64,000 nt of DNA, taken from assembly GCF_009914755.1 (NCBI RefSeq), contig NC_060925.1. One strand, 5' to 3'. Of this stretch, positions 14,701 through 30,514 are shown one piece after another; positions within the stretch are counted from its first letter, which is position 1; each line of letters begins with the position of its first letter. The position numbers were made by a program, and so were the translations under genes. The notes beneath the pieces are model-generated. The model was not told the origin of the DNA, made no database searches, and saw only the letters and a list, made by a program, of their open reading frames with translations. Origin of the DNA: the human T2T-CHM13v2.0 reference genome, Homo sapiens.

Positions 14701-17700
14701 GAAGAGAATCATCGAATGGACCCGAATGGAATCATCTAATGGAATGGAATGGAATAATCCATGGACTCGAATGCAATCATCATCGAATGGAATCGAATGG
14801 AATCATCGAATGGACTCGAATGGAATAATCATTGAACGGAATCGAATGGAATCATCATCGGATGGAAATGAATGGAATCATCATCGAATGGAATCGAATA
14901 GAATTATGGAATGAAATCCAGTGTGATCATCATCGAATGGACCCGAATGGAATCATCATCCAACGGAAGCTAATGGAATCAACATCGAATGAATCGAATG
15001 GAAACACCATCGAATTGAAACGAATGGAATTATCATGAAATTGAAATGGATGGACTCATCATCGAATGGATTCGAATGGAATCATCGAATAAAATTGATT
15101 GAAATCATCATCCAATGGAATCGAATGGTATCATTGAATGGAAACGAATGGAATCATCATCAGATGGAAATGAATGGAATCGTCATAGAATGGAATCGAA
15201 TGGATTCATTGAATGGAATCAGATGGAATCATCGAATGGACTGGAATGGAATCATTGAATGGACTCGAAAGGGATCATGATTGAATGGAATTGAATGGAA
15301 TCATCGAATGGTCTCGATTGGAATCATTATCAAATGGAATCGAATGGAATCACCGAATAGAATCGAATGGAACAATCATCGAATGGACTCAAATGGAATT
15401 ATCCTCCAATGGAATCGAATGGAATTATCGAATGCAATCGAATGGAATTATCGAATGCAATCGAATAGAATCATCGAATGGACTCGAATGGAATCATCGA
15501 ATGGAATGGAATGGAACAGTCAATGAACTCGAATGGAATCATCATTGAATGGAATCGAATGGAATCATCGAGTGGAATCGAATGGAATTATGATCAAATG
15601 GAATCGAATGTAATCATCATCAAATGGAATCAAAAATAACCATCATCAATTGGTATTGAATGGAATTGTCATCAAATGGAATTCAAAGGAATCATCATCA
15701 AATGGAACCGAATGGAATCCTCATTGAATGGAAATGAAAGGGGTCATCATCTAATGGAATCGCATGGAATCATCATCAAATGGAATCGAATGGAATCATC
15801 ATCAAATGGAATCTAATGGAATCATTGAACAGAATTGAATGGAATCGTCATCGAATGAATTGAATGCAATCATCGAATGGTCTCGAATGGAATCATCTTC
15901 TAATGGAAAGGAATGGAATCATCGCATAGAATCGAATGGAATTATCATCGAATGGAATCAAATGGTATCAACACCAAACGGAAAAAAACGGAATTATCGA
16001 ATGGAATCGAAGAGAATCTTCGAACGGACCCGAATGGAATCATCTAATGGAATGGAATGGAATAATCCATGGACTCGAATGCAATCATCATCGAATGGAA
16101 TGGAATGGAATCATCGAATGGACTCGAATGGAATAATCATTGAAGGGAATCGAATGGAATCATCATCGGATGGAAACGAATGGAATCATCATCGAATGGA
16201 AATGAAAGGAGTCATCATCTAATGGAATTGCATGGAATCATCATAAAATGGAATCGAATGGAATCCACATCAAATGGAATCAAATGGAATCATTGAACGG
16301 AATTGAATGGAATCGTCATCGAATGAATTGACTGCAATCATCGAATGGGCTCGAATGGAATCATCTTCAAATGGAATGGAATGGAATCATCGCATAGAAT
16401 CGAATGGAATTATCATCGAATGGAATCGAATGGAATCAACATCAAATGGAAAAAAACGGAATTATCGAATGGAATCGAAGAGAATCATCGAATGGACCCG
16501 AATGGAATCATCTAATGGAATGGAATGGAATAATCCATGGACTCGAATGCAATCATCATCGAATGGAATCGAATGGAATCATCGAATGGACTCGAATGGA
16601 ATAATCATTGAACGGAATCGAATGGAATCATCATCGGATGGAAATGAATGGAATCATCATCGAATGGAATCGAATAGAATTATGGAATGAAATCCAGTGT
16701 GATCATCATCGAATGGACCCGAATGGAATCATCATCCAACAGAAGCTAATGGAATCAACATCGAATGAATCGAATGGAAACACCATCGAATTGAAACGAA
16801 TGGAATTATCATGAAATTGAAATGGATGGACTCATCATCGAATGGATTCGAATGGAATCATCGAATAAAATTGATTGAAATCATCATCCAATGGAATCGA
16901 ATGGTATCATTGAATGGAATCGAATGGAATCATCATCAGATGGAAATGAATGGAATCGTCATAGAATGGAATCGAATGGATTCATTGAATGGAATCAGAT
17001 GGAATCATCGAATGGACTGGAATGGAATCATTGAATGGACTCGAAAGGGATCATTATTGAATGGAATTGAATGGAATCATCGAATGGTCTCGATTGGAAT
17101 CATTATCAAATGGAATCGAATGGAATCACCGAATAGAATCGAATGGAACAATCATCGAATGGACTCAAATGGAATTATCCTCAAATGGAATCGAATGGAA
17201 TTATCGAATGCAATCGAATGGAATTATCGAATGCAATCGAATAGAATCATCGAATGGACTCGAATGGAATCATCGAATGGAATGGAATGGAACAGTCAAT
17301 GAACTCGAATGGAATCATCATTGATTGGAATCGAATGGAATCATCGAGTGGAATCGAATGGAATTATGATCAAATGGAATCGAATGTAATCATCATCAAA
17401 TGGAATCAAAAATAACCATCATCAATTGGTATTGAATGGAATTGTCATCAAATGGAATTCAAAGGAATCATCATCAAATGGAACCGAATGGAATCCTCAT
17501 TGAATGGAAATGAAAGGGGTCATCATCTAATGGAATCGCATGGAATCATCATCAAATGGAATCGAATGGAATCATCATCAAATGGAATCTAATGGAATCA
17601 TTGAACAGAATTGAATGGAATCGTCATCGAATGAATTGAATGCAATCATCGAATGGTCTCGAATGGAATCATCTTCTAATGGAAAGGAATGGAATCATCG

Positions 17701-20700
17701 CATAGAATCGAATGGAATTATCATCGAATGGAATCGAATGGTATCAACACCAAACGGAAAAAAACGGAATTATCGAATGGAATCGAAGAGAATCTTCGAA
17801 CGGACCCGAATGGAATCATCTAATGGAATGGAATGGAATAATCCATGGACTCGAATGCAATCATCATCGAATGGAATCGAATGGAGTCATCGAATGGACT
17901 CGAATGGAATAATCATTGAACGGAATCGAATGGAATCATCATCGGATGGAAACGAATGGAATCATCATCGAATGGAAATGAAAGGAGTCATCATCTAATG
18001 GAATTGCATGGAATCATCATAAAATGGAATCGAATGGAATCAACATCAAATGGAATCAAATGGAATCATTGAACGGAATTGAATGGAATCGTCATCGAAT
18101 GAATTGACTGCAATCATCGAATGGTCTCGAATGGAATCATCTTCAAATGGAATGGAATGGAATCATCGCATAGAATCGAATGGAATTATCATCGAATGGA
18201 ATCGAATGGAATCAACATCAAACGGAAAAAAACAGAATTATCGTATGGAATCGAAGAGAATCATCGAATGGACCCGAATGGAATCATCTAATGGAATGGA
18301 ATGGAATAATCCATGGACTCGAATGCAATCATCATCGAATGGAATCGAATGGAATCATCGAATGGACTCGAATGGAATAATCATTGAACGGAATCGAATG
18401 GAATCATCATCGGATGGAAATGAATGGAATCATCATCGAATGGAATCGAATAGAATTATGGAATGAAATCCAGTGTGATCATCATCGAATGGACCCGAAT
18501 GGAATCATCATCCAACGGAAGCTAATGGAATCAACATCGAATGAATCGAATGGAAACACCATCGAATTGAAACGAATGGAATTATCATGAAATTGAAATG
18601 GATGGACACATCATCGAATGGATTCGAATGGAATCATCGAATAAAATTGATTGAAATCATCATCCAATGGAATCGAATGGTATCATTGAATGGAATCGAA
18701 TGGAATCATCATCAGATGGAAATGAATGGAATCGTCATAGAATGGAATCGAATGGATTCATTGAATGGAATCAGATGGAATCATCGAATGGACTGGAATG
18801 GAATCATTGAATGGACTCGAAAGGGATCATTATTGAATGGAATTGAATGGAATCATCGAATGGTCTCGATTGGAATCATTATCAAATGGAATCGAATGGA
18901 ATCACCGAATAGAATCGAATGGAACAATCATCGAATGGACTCAAATGGAATTATCCTCCAATGGAATCGAATGGAATTATCGAATGCAATCGAATGGAAT
19001 TATCGAATGCAATCGAATAGAATCATCGAATGGACTCGAATGGAATCATCGAATGGAATGGAATGGAACAGTCAATGAACTCGAATGGAATCATCATTGA
19101 ATGGAATCGAATGGAATCATCGAGTGGAATCGAATGGAATTATGATCAAATGGAATCGAATGTAATCATCATCAAATGGAATCAAAAATAACCATCATCA
19201 ATTGGTATTGAATGGAATTGTCATCAAATGGAATTCAAAGGAATCATCATCAAATGGAACCGAATGGAATCCTCATTGAATGGAAATGAAAGGGGTCATC
19301 ATCTAATGGAATCGCATGGAATCATCATCAAATGGAATCGAATGGAATCATCATCAAATGGAATCTAATGGAATCATTGAACAGAATTGAATGGAATCGT
19401 CATCGAATGAATTGAATGCAATCATCGAATGGTCTCGAATGGAATCATCTTCTAATGGAAAGGAATGGAATCATCGCATAGAATCGAATGGAATTATCAT
19501 CGAATGGAATCGAATGGTATCAACACCAAACGGAAAAATACGGAATTATCGAATGGAATCGAAGAGAATCTTCGAACGGACCCGAATGGAATCATCTAAT
19601 GGAATGGAATGGAATAATCCATGGACTCGAATGCAATCATCATCGAATGGAATGGAATGGAATCATCGAATGGACTCGAATGGAATAATAATTGAACGGA
19701 ATCGAATGGAATCATCATCGGATGGAAACGAATGGAATCATCATCGAATGGAAATGAAAGGAGTCATCATCTAATGGAATTGCATGGAATCATCATAAAA
19801 TGGAATCGAATGGAATCAACATCAAATGGAATCAAATGGAATCATTGAACGGAATTGAATGGAATCGTCATCGAATGAATTGACTGCAATCATCGAATGG
19901 TCTCGAATGGAATCATCTTCAAATGGAATGGAATGGAATCATCGCATAGAATCGAATGGAATTATCATCGAATGGAATCGAATGGAATCAACATCAAACG
20001 GAAAAAAACGGAATTATCGAATGGAATCGAAGAGAATCATCGAATGGACCCGAATGGAATCATCTAATGGAATGGAATGGAATAATCCATGGACTCGAAT
20101 GCAATCATCATCGAATGGAATCGAATGGAATCATCGAATGGACTCGAATGGAATAATCATTGAACGGAATCGAATGGAATCATCATCGGATGGAAATGAA
20201 TGGAATCATCATCGAATGGAATCGAATAGAATTATGGAATGAAATCCAGTGTGATCATCATCGAATGGACCCGAATGGAATCATCATCCAACGGAAGCTA
20301 ATGGAATCAACATCGAATGAATCGAATGGAAACACCATCGAATTGAAACGAATGGAATTATCATGAAATTGAAATGGATGGACTCATCATCGAATGGATT
20401 CGAATGGAATCATCGAATAAAATTGATTGAAATCATCATCCAATGGAATCGAATGGTATCATTGAATGGAAACGAATGGAATCATCATCAGATGGAAATG
20501 AATGGAATCGTCATAGAATGGAATCGAATGGATTCATTGAATGGAATCAGATGGAATCATCGAATGGACTGGAATGGAATCATTGAATGGACTCGAAAGG
20601 GATCATGATTGAATGGAATTGAATGGAATCATCGAATGGTCTCGATTGGAATCATTATCAAATGGAATCGAATGGAATCACCGAATAGAATCGAATGGAA

Positions 20701-23700
20701 CAATCATCGAATGGACTCAAATGGAATTATCCTCCAATGGAATCGAATGGAATTATCGAATGCAATCGAATGGAATTATCGAATGCAATCGAATAGAATC
20801 ATCGAATGGACTCGAATGGAATCATCGAATGGAATGGAATGGAACAGTCAATGAACTCGAATGGAATCATCATTGAATGGAATCGAATGGAATCATCGAG
20901 TGGAATCGAATGGAATTATGATCAAATGGAATCGAATGTAATCATCATCAAATGGAATCAAAAATAACCATCATCAATTGGTATTGAATGGAATTGTCAT
21001 CAAATGGAATTCAAAGGAATCATCATCAAATGGAACCGAATGGAATCCTCATTGAATGGAAATGAAAGGGGTCATCATCTAATGGAATCGCATGGAATCA
21101 TCATCAAATGGAATCGAATGGAATCATCATCAAATGGAATCTAATGGAATCATTGAACAGAATTGAATGGAATCGTCATCGAATGAATTGAATGCAATCA
21201 TCGAATGGTCTCGAATGGAATCATCTTCTAATGGAAAGGAATGGAATCATCGCATAGAATCGAATGGAATTATCATCGAATGGAATCAAATGGTATCAAC
21301 ACCAAACGGAAAAAAACGGAATTATCGAATGGAATCGAAGAGAATCTTCGAACGGACCCGAATGGAATCATCTAATGGAATGGAATGGAATAATCCATGG
21401 ACTCGAATGCAATCATCATCGAATGGAATGGAATGGAATCATCGAATGGACTCGAATGGAATAATCATTGAAGGGAATCGAATGGAATCATCATCGGATG
21501 GAAACGAATGGAATCATCATCGAATGGAAATGAAAGGAGTCATCATCTAATGGAATTGCATGGAATCATCATAAAATGGAATCGAATGGAATCCACATCA
21601 AATGGAATCAAATGGAATCATTGAACGGAATTGAATGGAATCGTCATCGAATGAATTGACTGCAATCATCGAATGGGCTCGAATGGAATCATCTTCAAAT
21701 GGAATGGAATGGAATCATCGCATAGAATCGAATGGAATTATCATCGAATGGAATCGAATGGAATCAACATCAAATGGAAAAAAACGGAATTATCGAATGG
21801 AATCGAAGAGAATCATCGAATGGACCCGAATGGAATCATCTAATGGAATGGAATGGAATAATCCATGGACTCGAATGCAATCATCATCGAATGGAATCGA
21901 ATGGAATCATCGAATGGACTCGAATGGAATAATCATTGAACGGAATCGAATGGAATCATCATCGGATGGAAATGAATGGAATCATCATCGAATGGAATCG
22001 AATATAATTATGGAATGAAATCCAGTGTGATCATCATCGAATGGACCCGAATGGAATCATCATCCAACGGAAGCTAATGGAATCAACATCGAATGAATCG
22101 AATGGAAACACCATCGAATTGAAACGAATGGAATTATCATGAAATTGAAATGGATGGACTCATCATCGAATGGATTCGAATGGAATCATCGAATAAAATT
22201 GATTGAAATCATCATCCAATGGAATCGAATGGTATCATTGAATGGAATCGAATGGAATCATCATCAGATGGAAATGAATGGAATCGTCATAGAATGGAAT
22301 CGAATGGATTCATTGAATGGAATCAGATGGAATCATCGAATGGACTGGAATGGAATCATTGAATGGACTCGAAAGGGATCATGATTGAATGGAATTGAAT
22401 GGAATCATCGAATGGTCTCGATTGGAATCATTATCAAATGGAATCGAATGGAATCACCGAATAGAATCGAATGGAACAATCATCGAATGGACTCAAATGG
22501 AATTATCCTCAAATGGAATCGAATGGAATTATCGAATGCAATCGAATGGAATTATCGAATGCAATCGAATAGAATCATCGAATGGACTCGAATGGAATCA
22601 TCGAATGGAATGGAATGGAACAGTCAATGAACTCGAATGGAATCATCATTGATTGGAATCGAATGGAATCATCGAGTGGAATCGAATGGAATTATGATCA
22701 AATGGAATCGAATGTAATCATCATCAAATGGAATCAAAAATAACCATCATCAATTGGTATTGAATGGAATTGTCATCAAATGGAATTCAAAGGAATCATC
22801 ATCAAATGGAACCGAATGGAATCCTCATTGAATGGAAATGAAAGGGGTCATCATCTAATGGAATCGCATGGAATCATCATCAAATGGAATCGAATGGAAT
22901 CATCATCAAATGGAATCTAATGGAATCATTGAACAGAATTGAATGGAATCGTCATCGAATGAATTGAATGCAATCATCGAATGGTCTCGAATGGAATCAT
23001 CTTCTAATGGAAAGGAATGGAATCATCGCATAGAATCGAATGGAATTATCATCGAATGGAATCGAATGGTATCAACACCAAACGGAAAAAAACGGAATTA
23101 TCGAATGGAATCGAAGAGAATCTTCGAACGGACCCGAATGGAATCATCTAATGGAATGGAATGGAATAATCCATGGACTCGAATGCAATCATCATCGAAT
23201 GGAATCGAATGGAGTCATCGAATGGACTCGAATGGAATAATCATTGAACGGAATCGAATGGAATCATCATCGGATGGAAACGAATGGAATCATCATCGAA
23301 TGGAAATGAAAGGAGTCATCATCTAATGGAATTGCATGGAATCATCATAAAATGCAATCGAATGGAATCAACATCAAATGGAATCAAATGGAATCATTGA
23401 ACGGAATTGAATGGAATCGTCATCGAATGAATTGACTGCAATCATCGAATGGTCTCGAATGGAATCATCTTCAAATGGAATGGAATGGAATCATCGCATA
23501 GAATCGAATGGAATTATCATCGAATGGAATCGAATGGAATCAACATCAAACGGAAAAAAACGGAATTATCGAATGGAATCGAAGAGAATCATCGAATGGA
23601 CCCGAATGGAATCATCTAATGGAATGGAATGGAATAATCCATGGACTCGAATGCAATCATCATCGAATGGAATCGAATGGAATCATCGAATGGACTCGAA

Positions 23701-26700
23701 TGGAATAATCATTGAACGGAATCGAATGGAATCATCATCGGATGGAAATGAATGGAATCATCATCGAATGGAATCGAATAGAATTATGGAATGAAATCCA
23801 GTGTGATCATCATCGAATGGACCCGAATGGAATCATCATCCAACGGAAGCTAATGGAATCAACATCGAATGAATCGAATGGAAACACCATCGAATTGAAA
23901 CGAATGGAATTATCATGAAATTGAAATGGATGGACTCATCATCGAATGGATTCGAATGGAATCATCGAATAAAATTGATTGAAATCATCATGCAATGGAA
24001 TCGAATGGTATCATTGAATGGAATCGAATGGAATCATCATCAGATGGAAATGAATGGAATCGTCATAGAATGGAATCGAATGGATTCATTGAATGGAATC
24101 AGATGGAATCATCGAATGGACTGGAATGGAATCATTGAATGGACTCGAAAGGGATCATTATTGAATGGAATTGAATGGAATCATCGAATGGTCTCGATTG
24201 GAATCATTATCACATGGAATCGAATGGAATCACCGAATAGAATCGAATGGAACAATCATCGAATGGACTCAAATGGAATTATCCTCCAATGGAATCGAAT
24301 GGAATTATCGAATGCAATCGAATGGAATTATCGAATGCAATCGAATAGAATCATCGAATGGACTCGAATGGAATCATCGAATGGAATGGAATGGAACAGT
24401 CAATGAACTCGAATGGAATCATCATTGAATGGAATCGAATGGAATCATCGAGTGGAATCGAATGGAATTATGATCAAATGGAATCGAATGTAATCATCAT
24501 CAAATGGAATCAAAAATAACCATCATCAATTGGTATTGAATGGAATTGTCATCAAATGGAATTCAAAGGAATCATCATCAAATGGAACCGAATGGAATCC
24601 TCATTGAATGGAAATGAAAGGGGTCATCATCTAATGGAATCGCATGGAATCATCATCAAATGGAATCGAATGGAATCATCATCAAATGGAATCTAATGGA
24701 ATCATTGAACAGAATTGAATGGAATCGTCATCGAATGAATTGAATGCAATCATCGAATGGTCTCGAATGGAATCATCTTCTAATGGAAAGGAATGGAATC
24801 ATCGCATAGAATCGAATGGAATTATCATCGAATGGAATCAAATGGTATCAACACCAAACGGAAAAAAACGGAATTATCGAATGGAATCGAAGAGAATCTT
24901 CGAACGGACCCGAATGGAATCATCTAATGGAATGGAATGGAATAATCCATGGACTCGAATGCAATCATCATCGAATGGAATGGAATGGAATCATCGAATG
25001 GACTCGAATGGAATAATCATTGAACGGAATCGAATGGAATCATCATCGGATGGAAACGAATGGAATCATCATCGAATGGAAATGAAAGGAGTCATCATCT
25101 AATGGAATTGCATGGAATCATCATAAAATGGAATCGAATGGAATCAACATCAAATGGAATCAAATGGAATCATTGAACGGAATTGAATGGAATCGTCATC
25201 GAATGAATTGACTGCAATCATCGAATGGTCTCGAATGGAATCATCTTCAAATGGAATGGAATGGAATCATCGCATAGAATCGAATGGAATTATCATCGAA
25301 TGGAATCGAATGGAATCAACATCAAACGGAAAAAAACGGAATTATCGAATGGAATCGAAGAGAATCATCGAATGGACCCGAATGGAATCATCTAATGGAA
25401 TGGAATGGAATAATCCATGGACTCGAATGCAATCATCATCGAATGGAATCGAATGGAATCATCGAATGGACTCGAATGGAATAATCATTGAACGGAATCG
25501 AATGGAATCATCATCGGATGGAAATGAATGGAATCATCATCGAATGGAATCGAATAGAATTATGGAATGAAATCCAGTGTGATCATCATCGAATGGACCC
25601 GAATGGAATCATCATCCAACGGAAGCTAATGGAATCAACATCGAATGAATCGAATGGAAACACCATCGAATTGAAACGAATGGAATTATCATGAAATTGA
25701 AATGGATGGACTCATCATCGAATGGATTCGAATGGAATCATCGAATAAAATTGATTGAAATCATCATCCAATGGAATCGAATGGTATCATTGAATGGAAA
25801 CGAATGGAATCATCATCAGATGGAAATGAATGGAATCGTCATAGAATGGAATCGAATGGATTCATTGAATGGAATCAGATGGAATCATCGAATGGACTGG
25901 AATGGAATCATTGAATGGACTCGAAAGGGATCATGATTGAATGGAATTGAATGGAATCATCGAATGGTCTCGATTGGAATCATTATCAAATGGAATCGAA
26001 TGGAATCACCGAATAGAATCGAATGGAACAATCATCGAATGGACTCAAATGGAATTATCCTCCAATGGAATCGAATGGAATTATCGAATGCAATCGAATG
26101 GAATTATCGAATGCAATCGAATAGAATCATCGAATGGACTCGAATGGAATCATCGAATGGAATGGAATGGAACAGTCAATGAACTCGAATGGAATCATCA
26201 TTGAATGGAATCGAATGGAATCATCGAGTGGAATCGAATGGAATTATGATCAAATGGAATCGAATGTAATCATCATCAAATGGAATCAAAAATAACCATC
26301 ATCAATTGGTATTGAATGGAATTGTCATCAAATGGAATTCAAAGGAATCATCATCAAATGGAACCGAATGGAATCCTCATTGAATGGAAATGAAAGGGGT
26401 CATCATCTAATGGAATCGCATGGAATCATCATCAAATGGAATCGAATGGAATCATCATCAAATGGAATCTAATGGAATCATTGAACAGAATTGAATGGAA
26501 TCGTCATCGAATGAATTGAATGCAATCATCGAATGGTCTCGAATGGAATCATCTTCTAATGGAAAGGAATGGAATCATCGCATAGAATCGAATGGAATTA
26601 TCATCGAATGGAATCAAATGGTATCAACACCAAACGGAAAAAAACGGAATTATCGAATGGAATCGAAGAGAATCTTCGAACGGACCCGAATGGAATCATC

Positions 26701-28270
26701 TAATGGAATGGAATGGAATAATCCATGGACTCGAATGCAATCATCATCGAATGGAATGGAATGGAATCATCGAATGGACTCGAATGGAATAATCATTGAA
26801 GGGAATCGAATGGAATCATCATCGGATGGAAACGAATGGAATCATCATCGAATGGAAATGAAAGGAGTCATCATCTAATGGAATTGCATGGAATCATCAT
26901 AAAATGGAATCGAATGGAATCCACATCAAATGGAATCAAATGGAATCATTGAACGGAATTGAATGGAATCGTCATCGAATGAATTGACTGCAATCATCGA
27001 ATGGGCTCGAATGGAATCATCTTCAAATGGAATGGAATGGAATCATCGCATAGAATCGAATGGAATTATCATCGAATGGAATCGAATGGAATCAACATCA
27101 AATGGAAAAAAACGGAATTATCGAATGGAATCGAAGAGAATCATCGAATGGACCCGAATGGAATCATCTAATGGAATGGAATGGAATAATCCATGGACTC
27201 GAATGCAATCATCATCGAATGGAATCGAATGGAATCATCGAATGGACTCGAATGGAATAATCATTGAACGGAATCGAATGGAATCATCATCGGATGGAAA
27301 TGAATGGAATCATCATCGAATGGAATCGAATATAATTATGGAATGAAATCCAGTGTGATCATCATCGAATGGACCCGAATGGAATCATCATCCAACAGAA
27401 GCTAATGGAATCAACATCGAATGAATCGAATGGAAACACCATCGAATTGAAACGAATGGAATTATCATGAAATTGAAATGGATGGACTCATCATCGAATG
27501 GATTCGAATGGAATCATCGAATAAAATTGATTGAAATCATCATCCAATGGAATCGAATGGTATCATTGAATGGAATCGAATGGAATCATCATCAGATGGA
27601 AATGAATGGAATCGTCATAGAATGGAATCGAATGGATTCATTGAATGGAATCAGATGGAATCATCGAATGGACTGGAATGGAATCATTGAATGGACTCGA
27701 AAGGGATCATTATTGAATGGAATTGAATGGAATCATCGAATGGTCTCGATTGGAATCATTATCAAATGGAATCGAATGGAATCACCGAATAGAATCGAAT
27801 GGAACAATCATCGAATGGACTCAAATGGAATTATCCTCCAATGGAATCGAATGGAATTATCGAATGCAATCGAATGGAATTATCGAATGCAATCGAATAG
27901 AATCATCGAATGGACTCGAATGGAATCATCGAATGGAATGGAATGGAACAGTCAATGAACTCGAATGGAATCATCATTGATTGGAATCGAATGGAATCAT
28001 CGAGTGGAATCGAATGGAATTATGATCAAATGGAATCGAATGTAATCATCATCAAATGGAATCAAAAATAACCATCATCAATTGGTATTGAATGGAATTG
28101 TCATCAAATGGAATTCAAAGGAATCATCATCAAATGGAACCGAATGGAATCCTCATTGAATGGAAATGAAAGGGGTCATCATCTAATGGAATCGCATGGA
28201 ATCATCATCAAATGGAATCGAATGGAATCATCATCAAATGGAATCTAATGGAATCATTGAACAGAATTGA
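8735..28270. repeat. 5,328-bp 3-unit higher-order repeat (A/A'-C-B/B')
   Basis: C-type markers (GAAGGGAATC, GAATCCACATC, GGGCTCGA, CAAATGGAAAAA) occur in units 10511, 15839, 21167 and 26495. B marker GGAGTCATCG occurs in 12287, 17615, 22943 and 28271. A marker CATTGAATGGAAACG occurs in 8735, 14063, 19391 and 24719. All have period 5,328. Confidence 0.9.
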
Positions 28271-30514
28271 ATGGAATCGTCATCGAATGAATTGAATGCA
28301 ATCATCGAATGGTCTCGAATGGAATCATCTTCTAATGGAAAGGAATGGAATCATCGCATAGAATCGAATGGAATTATCATCGAATGGAATCGAATGGTAT
28401 CAACACCAAACGGAAAAAAACGGAATTATCGAATGGAATCGAAGAGAATCTTCGAACGGACCCGAATGGAATCATCTAATGGAATGGAATGGAATAATCC
28501 ATGGACTCGAATGCAATCATCATCGAATGGAATCGAATGGAGTCATCGAATGGACTCGAATGGAATAATCATTGAACGGAATCGAATGGAATCATCATCG
28601 GATGGAAACGAATGGAATCATCATCGAATGGAAATGAAAGGAGTCATCATCTAATGGAATTGCATGGAATCATCATAAAATGCAATCGAATGGAATCAAC
28701 ATCAAATGGAATCAAATGGAATCATTGAACGGAATTGAATGGAATCGTCATCGAATGAATTGACTGCAATCATCGAATGGTCTCGAATGGAATCATCTTC
28801 AAATGGAATGGAATGGAATCATCGCATAGAATCGAATGGAATTATCATCGAATGGAATCGAATGGAATCAACATCAAACGGAAAAAAACGGAATTATCGA
28901 ATGGAATCGAAGAGAATCATCGAATGGACCCGAATGGAATCATCTAATGGAATGGAATGGAATAATCCATGGACTCGAATGCAATCATCATCGAATGGAA
29001 TCGAATGGAATCATCGAATGGACTCGAATGGAATAATCATTGAACGGAATCGAATGGAATCATCATCGGATGGAAACGAATGGAATCATCATCGAATGGA
29101 AATGAAAGGAGTCATCATCTAATGGAATTGCATGGAATCATCATAAAATGGAATCGAATGGAATCAACATCAAATGGAATCAAATGGAATCATTGAACGG
29201 AATTGAATGGAATCGTCATCGAATGAATTGAATGCAATCATCGAATGGTCTCGAATGGAATCATCTTCAAATGGAATGGAATGGAATCATCGCATAGACT
29301 CGAATGGAATTATCATCGAATGGAATCGAATGGAATCAACATCAAACGGAAAAAAACGGAATTATCGAATGGAATCGAAGAGAATCATCGAATGGACCCG
29401 AATGGAATCATCTAATGGAATGGAATGGAATAATCCATGGACTCGAATGCAATCATCATCGAATGGAATCGAATGGAATCATCGAATGGACTCGAATGGA
29501 ATAATCATTGAACGGAATCGAATGGAATCATCATCGGATGGAAATGAATGGAATCATCATCGAATGGAATCGAATAGAATTATGGAATGAAATCCAGTGT
29601 GATCATCATCGAATGGACCCGAATGGAATCATCATCCAACGGAAGCTAATGGAATCAACATCGAATGAATCGAATGGAAACACCATCGAATTGAAACGAA
29701 TGGAATTATCATGAAATTGAAATGGATGGACTCATCATCGAATGGATTCGAATGGAATCATCGAATAAAATTGATTGAAATCATCATCCAATGGAATCGA
29801 ATGGTATCATTGAATGGAATCGAATGGAATCATCATCAGATGGAAATGAATGGAATCGTCATAGAATGGAATCGAATGGATTCATTGAATGGAATCAGAT
29901 GGAATCATCGAATGGACTGGAATGGAATCATTGAATGGACTCGAAAGGGATCATGATTGAATGGAATTGAATGGAATCATCGAATGGTCTCGATTGGAAT
30001 CATTATCAAATGGAATCGAATGGAATCACCGAATAGAATCGAATGGAACAATCATCGAATGGACTCAAATGGAATTATCCTCAAATGGAATCGAATGGAA
30101 TTATCGAATGCAATCGAATGGAATTATCGAATGCAATCGAATAGAATCATCGAATGGACTCGAATGGAATCATCGAATGGAATGGAATGGAACAGTCAAT
30201 GAACTCGAATGGAATCATCATTGATTGGAATCGAATGGAATCATCGAGTGGAATCGAATGGAATTATGATCAAATGGAATCGAATGTAATCATCATCAAA
30301 TGGAATCAAAAATAACCATCATCAATTGGTATTGAATGGAATTGTCATCAAATGGAATTCAAAGGAATCATCATCAAATGGAACCGAATGGAATCCTCAT
30401 TGAATGGAAATGAAAGGGGTCATCATCTAATGGAATCGCATGGAATCATCATCAAATGGAATCGAATGGAATCATCATCAAATGGAATCTAATGGAATCA
30501 TTGAACAGAATTGA
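28271..30514. repeat. Expanded 2,244-bp variant unit carrying three copies of the 468-bp module
   Basis: Module starts at 28271, 28739 and 29207; the next unit starts at 30515 (1,776 + 468). Confidence 0.95.
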
